Position numbers and translations under genes: made by a program. 64,000 bases of DNA from Pseudomonas phage BRkr, in sequence record LC765218.1; one strand, written 5' to 3'. The notes beneath the pieces are model-generated. The model searched no databases and was not told the origin of the DNA. It saw nothing but the letters and a program-made list of their open reading frames with translations. The first letter of the stretch is position 1. The number at the start of each line of letters is the position of its first letter. Shown here one piece after another: positions 51,169 through 62,649 of the stretch.

Positions 51169-51323
51169 AGCATCTGAGGATTGGGTTCGTCGGAAACTCA
51201 AACTGTCAATGAAAGGAGATGAAAATCCAATCATTGAACTCGCTGAGAAATATGAATTCCGTAAAGCAGAGTTTAATCCGGACCACCTTAAGAAACATTA
51301 CTTTACCACTAACGGAGATTCCC

Positions 51324-51902
51324 ATGCAACGCAATAATGATCCGCAACAAATTATCATGTCCATCGAAGCATACAACAATCTTGTTGCTATGGCCGATAC
51401 CTCGCCGCGTTATAGCACCAAACTGATTCGACGACATGTTCGAAAAATGAATCCTTTCCTGCAACCAGCACATCAGAAAGCGGTTAGAGAAGCAGAGATT
51501 ATTCGCACGAAACGTATTAGGGAAGCACGAGCTTTCTTTGAAGCTAATCATGGTAAACTTCTTTACGCTGAAGTGGACTTGGGTAGTCTTAAGCAAGGTG
51601 ATGATCCCGTTTACTTCCCTTGTGTATCGGAACGGATTGACCGTAACCGTCAATGTATCCGAATTCACCATGTGAATGATACAGGTGAAAATATTCGTAC
51701 ACGAATTGTTACTGCTGATATTTTGACCACTGAGCTCCCGGATGGTTATATCCAAGGTATCTGGCATTTCCGTGACTATCTCGTAAAAGAGAATGGACCT
51801 TATGACCTTCGTGAGCAAGAAAAGCAACGGGAGATTTCACTTAAGAAATATGTAGATTCTCTTCCGGCATACAAAGGCGATGAAATTCTGGTAGAGCGTT
51901 GA
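51324..51902 (+). CDS. hypothetical protein (192 aa)
   Basis: GGAG SD 7 nt upstream of ATG 51324. Confidence 0.45.
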   Translation: MQRNNDPQQIIMSIEAYNNLVAMADTSPRYSTKLIRRHVRKMNPFLQPAHQKAVREAEIIRTKRIREARAFFEANHGKLLYAEVDLGSLKQGDDPVYFPCVSERIDRNRQCIRIHHVNDTGENIRTRIVTADILTTELPDGYIQGIWHFRDYLVKENGPYDLREQEKQREISLKKYVDSLPAYKGDEILVER

Positions 51903-51950
51903 TTTACTGACCATGTTAATAGTGTACGTCTCCAACAGGTAAATTAAAAA

Positions 51951-52595
51951 ATGACAGTTCTCTCTGATAAAACAATTCGTGAATACTGCGAAGGCACAAT
52001 GGTCGGTGCACATGGTCCAATGATAGAACCATTTCACGGTTCGTCAGTGAAAGAAGATAGTCATGGAAAGCGTATCGCTTCCTATGGTCTGTCCTCTGGG
52101 GGTTATGATCTTCGAGCTGGTACTGAGTTTAAAGTATTCAAGCCTCTACCTAAGTTCACTCTTTGGCAACGTTTCAAAGCCTGGGTAACAGGTAAAGAAC
52201 TTGAACACCCTGTACTGGATTACAAGAACATCAGCGCTGATCTGTTTGATACAGTCTACGGTGATAAAGTTGTAGTTCCCCCAGGTGGTTTCCTTCTGAC
52301 TCATTCGAAAGAGTATGTTCGAATGCCTCGGAATGTAATCGCAATGTGTATTGGTAAATCTACCATCGCGCGAGCTGGTTGGAACTGTCTGTGTACTCCA
52401 ATCGAGCCAGGTTGGGAAGGACATATCACGTTCGAGTTCCAGAACACTACTAATCGCCCTAACGTGTTCTATGCACATGAAGGTGTTTTGCAACTGGTGT
52501 TCCATGATCTCGATCAAGATTGTGAAACTTCCTATGCAGATCGTGGTGGTAAATACATGAAACAGGCAGATAAGGTTATTCTGCCTCGGGTATAA
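51951..52595 (+). CDS. dcd: dCTP deaminase (Dcd / dUTPase superfamily)
   Basis: SYGLSSGGYDLR and IEPGWEGHITFEFQN (E. coli Dcd IDPGWSGCIVLEFYN). Confidence 0.7.
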   Translation: MTVLSDKTIREYCEGTMVGAHGPMIEPFHGSSVKEDSHGKRIASYGLSSGGYDLRAGTEFKVFKPLPKFTLWQRFKAWVTGKELEHPVLDYKNISADLFDTVYGDKVVVPPGGFLLTHSKEYVRMPRNVIAMCIGKSTIARAGWNCLCTPIEPGWEGHITFEFQNTTNRPNVFYAHEGVLQLVFHDLDQDCETSYADRGGKYMKQADKVILPRV

Positions 52596-52637
52596 TTTAT
52601 TAAGGTGGTTTGGTTTACATTTAAGCCTTTTTAAAGG

Positions 52638-52654
52638 CTATATTACAAATGTGA
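52638..52654 (+). promoter_or_regulatory. promoter motif CTATATTACAAATGTGA flanked by the inverted repeat GGTGGTTTG / CAAACCACC
   Basis: Third copy of the 17-mer; inverted repeat at ~52607 and ~52660. Confidence 0.45.
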
Positions 52655-52684
52655 ACTACAAACCACCAATAGGAGAATACAAGC

Positions 52685-53152
52685 ATGGCACGCGTTAAAT
52701 TCAACTCGCTTAAAGACCTTATTGCTGCTCAAGGTCCTATTGCAACTGTACCGGCACCCAAGAAAGAAAAGAAGAAGGCAGAGCCTGTAGCTACACCTAA
52801 AACTGCTCTTCCGATGCCTACAGTACCTAAGCGAGTGAAGAACAAGAAGAAAGATCCGGTACATCGTCCTGCACCTGAAAAGGAAATTCGCTACGCCCAA
52901 GTAACGGATTTCCGCGTTAAACCCGAGGGGCAGAAAGAGGTCTCCAAGCCGGACCAATCTGGTTTGTCTGAACTGGGTCACTTTAAAAATAAACTTGATT
53001 GTCTCGGTCTTGAACTGTTTGGTTGTGAAGTTCGCAAGAAGAAAGAATTCGCTGATGAGTTCTTTAATGATGCAACTGAGACACCGACTCAACGGGCAAT
53101 GATCAAAGAGTTCCAAGATCTCTATGATTCTAAGTTCCGTGTAAAGGTTTAA
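52685..53152 (+). CDS. Lys/Pro-rich basic protein (155 aa), possibly DNA-binding
   Basis: PKKEKKKAEPVATPKT...PKRVKNKKKDPVHRPAPEKE, H1-tail-like composition. Confidence 0.5.
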   Translation: MARVKFNSLKDLIAAQGPIATVPAPKKEKKKAEPVATPKTALPMPTVPKRVKNKKKDPVHRPAPEKEIRYAQVTDFRVKPEGQKEVSKPDQSGLSELGHFKNKLDCLGLELFGCEVRKKKEFADEFFNDATETPTQRAMIKEFQDLYDSKFRVKV

Positions 53153-53160
53153 AACATAGT

Positions 53161-53207
53161 GCTCCTACCCAAAGGTAGGAGCATTTGCTTTCTTTTTATT
53201 TTTTCTC
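53161..53207 (+). terminator. terminator gctcctacc-caaa-ggtaggagc + T-rich run
   Basis: Canonical. Confidence 0.65.
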
Positions 53208-53224
53208 AGATCTACATTATCAAA
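53208..53224 (+). promoter_or_regulatory. promoter-motif variant CAGATCTACATTATC
   Basis: Shares AGATCTA + TTA(T/C)C with the 2467 and 44642 motifs. Confidence 0.35.
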
Positions 53225-53243
53225 ATGTATAACTATCGGAGAT

Positions 53244-55839
<2,596 letters not shown>

Positions 55840-55857
55840 CTATCCTAGGAGATTACA

Positions 55858-56109
55858 ATGTTCGCGTCTATTAAAGAATGGTTCCGTAACCATATCCGTT
55901 CTATCCGGATTGCCAAGCTGGAAGAAAAACACCGTAAAGACGTTAAGGCTTTCCTCGATAAGATCGATAAATGGGGTCTGACTGTCCGTAAAGGTCGTGT
56001 AGTTGGAAATGCAAAAGATATCAGCATTTCCAATGATGCACGCGTCGAGCTTGAAGTTGAATATAAGACCATCGTATGGGAACATCAGCAAGCGTTGAAA
56101 GCGCTGTAG
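55858..56109 (+). CDS. hypothetical protein (83 aa)
   Basis: AGGAG SD. Confidence 0.45.
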   Translation: MFASIKEWFRNHIRSIRIAKLEEKHRKDVKAFLDKIDKWGLTVRKGRVVGNAKDISISNDARVELEVEYKTIVWEHQQALKAL

Positions 56110-56144
56110 GTTCCCTTCCATTAGGATCGGTCGAGGTCTCAATA

Positions 56145-56354
56145 ATGAAAAAGCTGCGATTGGTTAAAGTAATAGCTAAACGGGTTCTCTGGGTATTGAC
56201 TTTTATTGCCCGAGTCCAGATAGTTGATCCCATCGTGAAAGCAAAAGCCCGGCGTGCTGGATTCTATAGTAACCCTGTAGATCGTTCGTTGGAATGGAAA
56301 CTTGCAGATGCGAACTTCCATGCTGACTACAACCTTGCACGTGCAGTTAAATAA
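56145..56354 (+). CDS. small hypothetical protein (69 aa)
   Basis: Internal ATG of table ORF 56076. Confidence 0.35.
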   Translation: MKKLRLVKVIAKRVLWVLTFIARVQIVDPIVKAKARRAGFYSNPVDRSLEWKLADANFHADYNLARAVK

Positions 56355-56358
56355 AAAT

Positions 56359-56382
56359 AGCCTGTCCAGATGGACAGGCTAT
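56359..56382 (+). terminator. hairpin agcctgtcca-ga-tggacaggct
   Basis: 10-bp stem; weak U tract. Confidence 0.45.
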
Positions 56383-56398
56383 ATTCCGTGAGGTCCTG

Positions 56399-56887
56399 AT
56401 GATTGGATTATTTAAGATGTGGCGGGGTTTCCGTAAAGTGCATTCACTACATCGTGAAGGTACACAAGCGATGTGGTTTAGACTACAAAGACTTGATCCT
56501 AAGCGGAAGTTGTTCAACCCTAATAAAATGAAAGAGTCTATTGCTCTGATTGACTTCTTGACTAATGTTAGTATTGGACTAGGTGATGAATTCACACGTT
56601 TCCTAATCGAGTCAATTGGAGATAATCGTAACTGCGACATTATTGCAAGAGAGCTCCGCGAATGGCATCGTAATACCGATGTATTGGCGAAGATTTTCTC
56701 GTTAGCATATACACAAGAAAATGCCGCAGCTCAAAGATATGCAATACTATTAGCTAAAGAACTCTCGTCTTTTATGCCGGAAAATGTGTACCTATGGTAT
56801 AGTCGAGTACGTTTTGCTGTTAGGAAACAATTGCATGAACTCGATAAGGGTAGACCAGAACCGTCACCCTGGGAAGCAAATTTGTAA
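56399..56887 (+). CDS. hypothetical protein (162 aa)
   Basis: ATG. Confidence 0.5.
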   Translation: MIGLFKMWRGFRKVHSLHREGTQAMWFRLQRLDPKRKLFNPNKMKESIALIDFLTNVSIGLGDEFTRFLIESIGDNRNCDIIARELREWHRNTDVLAKIFSLAYTQENAAAQRYAILLAKELSSFMPENVYLWYSRVRFAVRKQLHELDKGRPEPSPWEANL

Positions 56888-56973
56888 GCAACACCCTCAA
56901 ACCGAAATGGCATATTACTCCTTCCGGATAGGATGGGGTAATATGTTGTCTATGCTATTTAAAGGAAATAGGA

Positions 56974-57363
56974 ATGTACGAACATAAAGAAGCCATGAAC
57001 AATATGCACCAGCGTATAGCTCTGCACAATGACTACTATAATGTCGTTATCGGCGGTATAAGGATGACCGATGAAAACGGCAATGTATTCGTAGTGGAAG
57101 GTGGTAGGAAGATGAAAGTTCGTCGCAGTAGTATCTTCCTGAAGAAACGAATTGGGAAGAAACGGCATAAAAAGGAACAGGATCAAAATGACATCCTTAA
57201 ATGGATTTATGATCTCAGGATGTATCTGGTCGAAGCAAATGGCGAAGATGAACGTGTAATTATTGACCAGTTCAAAAACAAAATGAAGAGTGTCAACAAC
57301 ATGTACTTTAAGGCGCCGTTAATGAATCATTACGTCAGTGTAGCGATGGGTGACACATTGTGA
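56974..57363 (+). CDS. hypothetical basic protein (129 aa)
   Basis: ATG. Confidence 0.5.
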   Translation: MYEHKEAMNNMHQRIALHNDYYNVVIGGIRMTDENGNVFVVEGGRKMKVRRSSIFLKKRIGKKRHKKEQDQNDILKWIYDLRMYLVEANGEDERVIIDQFKNKMKSVNNMYFKAPLMNHYVSVAMGDTL

Positions 57364-57743
57364 GAGACGTTATTATTGTCGGATCAGGTGACCTAGGGCG
57401 CGCCTCAGCACTTGCTCTAATTGGTTCCATGGCGCTTAAAGCAATCGTGGATATTCCAATTAATGAAACTTACCCACAATATCTAACTGCTGCTGATGAG
57501 GATGACCTTGATAACGTTCAAGGTCATCCCACTTGCTATGGTTGGCGACAATGTCGAAAAATGAACCAGCGTGATAAAGCCTGGGATATTTATTGCTTTT
57601 TCTTAACTGCCTATAAAAATGCCACTACAAAGAAAATGAAACAAAAAGCAATAACGGAGTTTAAACGTAATATGCGTCGTAATGGTGGTAGGCATTTCCC
57701 AACCAGTCGTATGCATGAATATATTGTTTCCGCATTAAAATAA
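57360..57743 (+). CDS. hypothetical protein (127 aa, GTG start, GTGA overlap); N-terminus VIIVGSGDLG resembles a GxGxxG dinucleotide-binding loop
   Basis: GTG overlapping the upstream stop. Confidence 0.4.
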   Translation: MRDVIIVGSGDLGRASALALIGSMALKAIVDIPINETYPQYLTAADEDDLDNVQGHPTCYGWRQCRKMNQRDKAWDIYCFFLTAYKNATTKKMKQKAITEFKRNMRRNGGRHFPTSRMHEYIVSALK

Positions 57744-57789
57744 TCCCAGCTCAAGCTGGGTACTATAACGAGCTATCGAGGACTCAGCT

Positions 57790-58140
57790 ATGCAAACACA
57801 CATTGATTTATTCACAGTGTACAGAGGGAAGTTAAATTCTCTCTTTACCGAAGAAGTGGACCTCACTCTACAACAAGCAATTACACGAGTAGAAATCCTT
57901 TCTGATAATAAAACTACAGATGAGTTTAAATGGTCTATTAGTCGGTCAAAAAACATAGATGGTTTGGTTGACACTATTTTTATTGTTCCGCGTGATCAGC
58001 AAGGCATTGTCGTTGCTTATATTGAACTTCAGTATGGTTCTAACCATTTTGAAACCTTTGTAAGTCCAAGCTATCGAACACGGTTCATTTCCGTAACATT
58101 CGATCTGGAGGTTGATAATGGAATTAACTATACCGCTTAG
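57790..58140 (+). CDS. hypothetical protein (116 aa)
   Basis: ATG. Confidence 0.5.
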   Translation: MQTHIDLFTVYRGKLNSLFTEEVDLTLQQAITRVEILSDNKTTDEFKWSISRSKNIDGLVDTIFIVPRDQQGIVVAYIELQYGSNHFETFVSPSYRTRFISVTFDLEVDNGINYTA

Positions 58141-58450
58141 TTTAGACAATAACTTCGAACATGTTATTTTTAAATACGGTGACCTGACAGATTGTATCTC
58201 TATACTTGACCGTAAAGGTAGGATCGACAATACGTATTCTATCACGGTTGAGATGGATGACCTGTTTGACAACGAATGGTTAGTGACGATTCAATCTAAA
58301 CCAAACTGCCGACGCTTCTTAAAATTCAAACGGTATTGGTTTAGATATAATTCAGCAACAGGTCGTTTTGCTGGAGATCCATTCTTCATAGCCGGTTTAA
58401 GAAAACGCTTTATTCATATAAAAACACCATCTGGCATATCGCTTCCCTAA
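58118..58450 (+). CDS. hypothetical protein (110 aa)
   Basis: GGAGG SD before ATG 58118 (the table's first M is a TTG). Confidence 0.45.
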   Translation: MELTIPLSLDNNFEHVIFKYGDLTDCISILDRKGRIDNTYSITVEMDDLFDNEWLVTIQSKPNCRRFLKFKRYWFRYNSATGRFAGDPFFIAGLRKRFIHIKTPSGISLP

Positions 58451-58480
58451 GGGGAGGCTTTATGCCTTTTTTTATTTTCC
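58446..58480 (+). terminator. terminator cttccc-taa-ggggaggc + TTTATGCCTTTTTTTATTTT
   Basis: Canonical. Confidence 0.6.
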
Positions 58481-58516
58481 TAACCAATCCTGTAGATTAT
58501 TACAATCTGAGGATAT

Positions 58517-58912
58517 ATGAGTACTCGATTAAACTCTGTTTTTGTTGACCTTGAATACTACTTCCGTGGAACTTACTCTGAACGTTTTAAGTCACTTCGC
58601 AAGAATGGCATTGAAGCGTTAGAATTCACTGATGTAGATATAGAAAGGATTATCAACGGTGATACACAAAAAGATGCCGATACACTAAAGTTCTATAAAG
58701 AGACATGGCTAGAGAAACCAAGACATGTCTGCTTTACCATCTTCGAAAAACAAAGAAACCGTGTCTTAGTCGAACTGCATGTAGAGCTCGATAAGAAACG
58801 TATATATTGGAAGAAACCTATTACACGTTGGAACATGCCTAACTTTAAGCTTCGGCTTAAGATAATACAGGATACATCCAAACGTAACTGGTCCGGATCG
58901 GAGCAACTGTAA
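58517..58912 (+). CDS. hypothetical protein (131 aa)
   Basis: GAGGATATATG. Confidence 0.5.
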   Translation: MSTRLNSVFVDLEYYFRGTYSERFKSLRKNGIEALEFTDVDIERIINGDTQKDADTLKFYKETWLEKPRHVCFTIFEKQRNRVLVELHVELDKKRIYWKKPITRWNMPNFKLRLKIIQDTSKRNWSGSEQL

Positions 58913-59337
58913 TGTCAGCGCAACGTGTTATTATCCCAATGTACCATGGTGTAAAAGGGGATTTAAAACAGTTCTTTTATTCACGCGATGGAAACCTGAA
59001 ACTAACTGAGGTGTTTTGGCTAGTACCAGTAGCTGTCTTCACTCCAGATGGATTAAACGTTTTCGAATTCAAGACAATACCTACAACTGCTCGATACGAA
59101 AACAATCTTACGTTCGAGGTTTGGGATAAGCTTCGTAATAGTACGCCTAAACTTGTAGCTACTGTAAAAATCGACACCATTGCAGATACTTATGTTGTTG
59201 AAGTTTCTGAGCGATATATGAAAAACCGTTTCACGATGGAATTCAATTTAATTATCGCAAATCGAGAACCTGATCCAGCTCTGCTGTATCGGAACAATAC
59301 CCATCATGGCGACATTCACTATAAAGGTAAACTTTAA
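58912..59337 (+). CDS. hypothetical protein (141 aa)
   Basis: Overlapping ATG. Confidence 0.5.
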   Translation: MSAQRVIIPMYHGVKGDLKQFFYSRDGNLKLTEVFWLVPVAVFTPDGLNVFEFKTIPTTARYENNLTFEVWDKLRNSTPKLVATVKIDTIADTYVVEVSERYMKNRFTMEFNLIIANREPDPALLYRNNTHHGDIHYKGKL

Positions 59338-59501
59338 TGGGTGATAAGAGTGAACGTATAGCTCTATTAGAGCAGCGTTTAGACGATATGGCGATCCAGT
59401 TTGAATCTATAGTAAAAATGCTAAGTGAATCAAGACGGATCATCGAACGCCAGCAGACAGCATTGGCTAGTTTGCAACGTAAAGTTAATCGCAAGTCCTA
59501 G
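59337..59501 (+). CDS. small coiled-coil protein (54 aa), not in the ORF table
   Basis: TAATG overlap with the upstream stop; MGDKSERIALLEQRLDDMAIQFESIVKMLSESRRIIERQQTALASLQRKVNRKS. Confidence 0.35.
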   Translation: MGDKSERIALLEQRLDDMAIQFESIVKMLSESRRIIERQQTALASLQRKVNRKS

Positions 59502-59509
59502 GAGAGCAT

Positions 59510-60010
59510 ATGTCCGTAAACATTCATCAATTCTCGCACGGCCTATCGTTCTGCACTGCTGTTATTCAGTATCACAAACTCGTGACATTCATACAACAGC
59601 ATACAGAATCTAATTCACTCTCCATCGAGAAAGGGTCAAGTCTATATACGCAGTTTATTGAATGGTTCAATAATAACTGCGAGTGGATTCCATCAGCTGC
59701 AAAGTCGGATCCAGAACTAATTCGTTTTATGGTATCCGCCGATGTTTCTGGTTATGATGACCCTAGATCCATTGTTTACGAAACAACAAGTCAGCTCTAT
59801 GGAATAAATGGTAGGGGTCTTCTGACTGAACATGCTATAAATTCAATGGTTGAAAACGTTAAAGAATATTTCGAGAGTAACAACTCTAATGTCATATTTG
59901 GAGACGAGAATACATTCATTGAACTTATTACAGATGGGACACCCAATGGAACTAAGATGTATTCCATTGTCTTCATCGACGTTAATGAGGCTACCCCAAA
60001 GAAAGAATAA
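59510..60010 (+). CDS. hypothetical protein (166 aa)
   Basis: AGGAGAGCATATG. Confidence 0.5.
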   Translation: MSVNIHQFSHGLSFCTAVIQYHKLVTFIQQHTESNSLSIEKGSSLYTQFIEWFNNNCEWIPSAAKSDPELIRFMVSADVSGYDDPRSIVYETTSQLYGINGRGLLTEHAINSMVENVKEYFESNNSNVIFGDENTFIELITDGTPNGTKMYSIVFIDVNEATPKKE

Positions 60011-60062
60011 GATACGCTGTAGTGTATTATATTCTGACCTAACAACCAAAGGTACCAACGTG

Positions 60063-60428
60063 ATGCAATGTTTTACACACGTAATGCGGCTAATGGTTGT
60101 AGCTGGAATCTTAATGGTTCCACTGCAAGCTGAAGCTACAGAGGTGCGTGTCGATGAGGTTTATTGTGAAGCACTAGCACTAGCTGCTCATGCTACAGCA
60201 GAAGCCCGCGGCCGTTCTGAACCCATTGCAAAATGGAAACAGAACCTCCTTGCCCTAAAGGGATACGGTGTGAAGGACAAAGATAACGTTCTTTACAAAA
60301 TCCTGCCCAAAGCTATTCAAGACGTCCGTGGTATATACGACGCTAAGGATAGTCCGCGAGACGCATACATGGCATCGTTTGATTCATGCATGTCTGAAGA
60401 TTACGGCAAAATGGTCGTGATTAGGTAA
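60063..60428 (+). CDS. small secreted/periplasmic protein (121 aa; signal peptide MQCFTHVMRLMVVAGILMVPLQAEA)
   Basis: Internal ATG of the table ORF; terminator follows. Confidence 0.5.
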   Translation: MQCFTHVMRLMVVAGILMVPLQAEATEVRVDEVYCEALALAAHATAEARGRSEPIAKWKQNLLALKGYGVKDKDNVLYKILPKAIQDVRGIYDAKDSPRDAYMASFDSCMSEDYGKMVVIR

Positions 60429-60439
60429 TGGTACATTTG

Positions 60440-60480
60440 GCCCTCCCTTCGGGGAGGGCTATATGTCGTTTTTTATTTTA
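60440..60480 (+). terminator. terminator gccctccc-ttcg-gggagggc + T-rich run
   Basis: Canonical. Confidence 0.7.
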
Positions 60481-60500
60481 CTTACGCTAAAAAATATCTC

Positions 60501-60516
60501 AGATCTACATCATGTG
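60501..60516 (+). promoter_or_regulatory. promoter-motif variant AGATCTACATCATGTG
   Basis: Same AGATCTA class. Confidence 0.3.
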
Positions 60517-60550
60517 TTTGATCCCCCTACACACCCAACGAGGAAAATCA

Positions 60551-61066
60551 ATGTCTTTTATATCTGCGGAATCTTTCACTAATTGGAAGTTCTATAAGGA
60601 ATTGAGAAAACAGCATCGCAAACATTTACAACTGTGTCGCCACCGAGCAATTTTGTTCTTTGGCGATGTAATAGGTAGACCCAGGTTGCATATTGATGGT
60701 ATTTTATTCAAAGATCTATTTGTCATTCCAGATGTCTTCGTTGTCAGTGGTGGTGACGAGGATTCATTCGATCATCGACTGGAAGAACTGGACAAAGAAA
60801 TATGTGTGATCATGAACAATGTCTTCGTACAGCTTGAAGCGGAAGCTATCAACGATTACTACAAAAGTTCTTCACGAGGTGTTACTATTCGTCCTAATGG
60901 AGAAACTCCAGTAAAAGACGATGTTGTTATTGGTGAAGGGAAAATTTATATCTGTGATGGCAATGGCAATCTAAACTTACTTTCGAACGAACCTGGTGTA
61001 GTCTATGCATCGACAACTCCATGGTATCTTAAGCCATGGAATTTCATAAAGAACATGTTCCGTTGA
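60551..61066 (+). CDS. hypothetical protein (171 aa)
   Basis: GAGGA SD before ATG 60551. Confidence 0.5.
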   Translation: MSFISAESFTNWKFYKELRKQHRKHLQLCRHRAILFFGDVIGRPRLHIDGILFKDLFVIPDVFVVSGGDEDSFDHRLEELDKEICVIMNNVFVQLEAEAINDYYKSSSRGVTIRPNGETPVKDDVVIGEGKIYICDGNGNLNLLSNEPGVVYASTTPWYLKPWNFIKNMFR

Positions 61067-61073
61067 GGTAATC

Positions 61074-61505
61074 ATGTATCCATTCCAGAAACCCAATGAG
61101 CTGCAACCACGTCATGAACTTGATGGTGATGTTATTACCAATCGTTGGGTTCCGGGTGTAGCACCGCGTACTTTAAAAGAACTCAAAGAAGTACATGCTA
61201 ACCTTCCCAAAGGTGATCTTAGTGCTCTCGATGAATTCAGCCGATCGGTTAGTCAATCCATCGATGCTTATCTCATTGAAGATAGCGATGAGTCTAATGC
61301 AGCTGTAAAGAAAATAATCTCGGAATCCAAGACATGGAACATTAGTGTCTATACGGGTACCCAGATCCATCACATACTCACGGCCAATCCCAAAATGGCA
61401 AATGGTCCTGAAGATGTAGGTTACTTCAAGAAATACCGTGATCACATGTCTTCTCTCAATAAAGAAAAGAAACTGATCACTTCTATCACTGAACGATTCC
61501 TTTAA
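61074..61505 (+). CDS. hypothetical protein (143 aa)
   Basis: GAGGTAATCATG. Confidence 0.5.
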   Translation: MYPFQKPNELQPRHELDGDVITNRWVPGVAPRTLKELKEVHANLPKGDLSALDEFSRSVSQSIDAYLIEDSDESNAAVKKIISESKTWNISVYTGTQIHHILTANPKMANGPEDVGYFKKYRDHMSSLNKEKKLITSITERFL

Positions 61506-61519
61506 TCTGGAGACTCAAA

Positions 61520-62317
61520 ATGATCAAACTCACTTCTGCACTGAATCAAAAACTGGTTGAAGCATACTACAACTGGAATGCAGATAACAACATGTACCGC
61601 TTCGACTGTGTTATCGATGTAGGTTATCTGGCAGAACCGCTTCGTAAAATCATGATGCGTTCGAAAGATTTCAATGCCACTAATGGTACCATCGTTCTCA
61701 ATCTGTCGGTAAATGCGTGCCGCCACATTGATTATTCGGGTGATTGCTTCTATGGTGAAATTGCTTTCTCGGGTATGCCTACTCGTTTGCATCTGCCATG
61801 GCATTCTTTCATTGGTGTGAATGTGCAGATCTCTGAGAATGCAAGTGTGTTCTCTTCGTTCCCTAATGTCGATCGGATTTTGTTTGATGCCGAGAATCCG
61901 ACGTATGTTCATCCCTTCCGCGATATTGCTAATGGTGCGCCTGGTACCGTCAGCATTGATATCGTAGATGTAATGGCATGGCTGGCAGAGAAGGGAATCA
62001 CCGATGTTCCCGTAGAGAAAGCGCTTGAACATGTACAGCACATGGTTAGCAACGATGACGATTTGTTCTCTCAGTTCTTGTCCTATGTTTCCGAACGTGC
62101 AAATACTCGGAAACTAAAAGAACTGGAAGAAACTGAAGATTTCATTGCTAATCAACCTGGTGTGGAGGTTAGTCCGATCAAGAAATACCCCGAACTGAAG
62201 GTTGTTGATAAACCTCTTCTCGACTTTGGCGATCTTCCCGGTGCACCAGTTAATGTTGCTCCATCCCGTTATAAAGGCAAGCCGAAGCTTACCGTAATTA
62301 AAGGAGGTAAAAAGTAA
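61520..62317 (+). CDS. SspB-like ClpXP adaptor homolog (265 aa) with a C-terminal LTVIK tail
   Basis: KLVEAYYNW..DCVIDV..GTIVLNLSVNA..FYGEIAFSGMP..LPWHSFIGV parallels E. coli SspB LLRAFYEWL..HLVVDV..GQIVLNIAPRA..VRFNARFGGIP..VPLAAVLAI; C-terminal ...KPKLTVIKGGKK against the SspB ClpX-binding ...RPALRVVK. Confidence 0.55.
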   Translation: MIKLTSALNQKLVEAYYNWNADNNMYRFDCVIDVGYLAEPLRKIMMRSKDFNATNGTIVLNLSVNACRHIDYSGDCFYGEIAFSGMPTRLHLPWHSFIGVNVQISENASVFSSFPNVDRILFDAENPTYVHPFRDIANGAPGTVSIDIVDVMAWLAEKGITDVPVEKALEHVQHMVSNDDDLFSQFLSYVSERANTRKLKELEETEDFIANQPGVEVSPIKKYPELKVVDKPLLDFGDLPGAPVNVAPSRYKGKPKLTVIKGGKK

Positions 62318-62565
62318 TGTCTCTTGCAGGAGCTATTCTCATTAGCACTACTATTGTCTCTGGTATTTATGCTGGTGGTTCTTCTGAAACCACCACTAAG
62401 ATGGAAAGCATTGACTCCTGTTGGAAAGCTGTAGGTGCTATTCAAGATACAACAGCAGCGAATGGAACTAAAGTTAAAGTAGTTCGTACTCAGGCCGGTG
62501 TGGTTCTGGAATACGAATTCGATAATAAAAACATTCGTCGCGAAATGTCATGCGTTTCAATGTAA
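62317..62565 (+). CDS. small membrane protein (82 aa)
   Basis: GGAGG SD; N-terminal TM helix. Confidence 0.45.
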   Translation: MSLAGAILISTTIVSGIYAGGSSETTTKMESIDSCWKAVGAIQDTTAANGTKVKVVRTQAGVVLEYEFDNKNIRREMSCVSM

Positions 62566-62598
62566 TATTATGTAGTTGATCGTAAAGGTCAGCGCACC

Positions 62599-62634
62599 GG
62601 GGCTCCTTCGGGAGCCCCATCTATTTTCTTTTTG
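62599..62634 (+). terminator. terminator ggggctcc-ttcg-ggagcccc + T-rich run
   Basis: Canonical. Confidence 0.7.
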
Positions 62635-62649
62635 TCGTGAGGTATAGAA

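Noticed and set aside
50707-51337. Three mutually overlapping table ORFs (50707-51168, 51029-51337, 51219-51902)
   Set aside because: Boundaries are ambiguous. I kept 51324-51902 (GGAG SD) and a low-confidence 50770-51168. The 51029 frame overlaps both in a different frame and has no SD.
57745-57760. The hairpin cccagc-tcaa-gctggg as a terminator
   Set aside because: No downstream T tract. It could be an RNA-processing or regulatory hairpin, but the evidence is insufficient.
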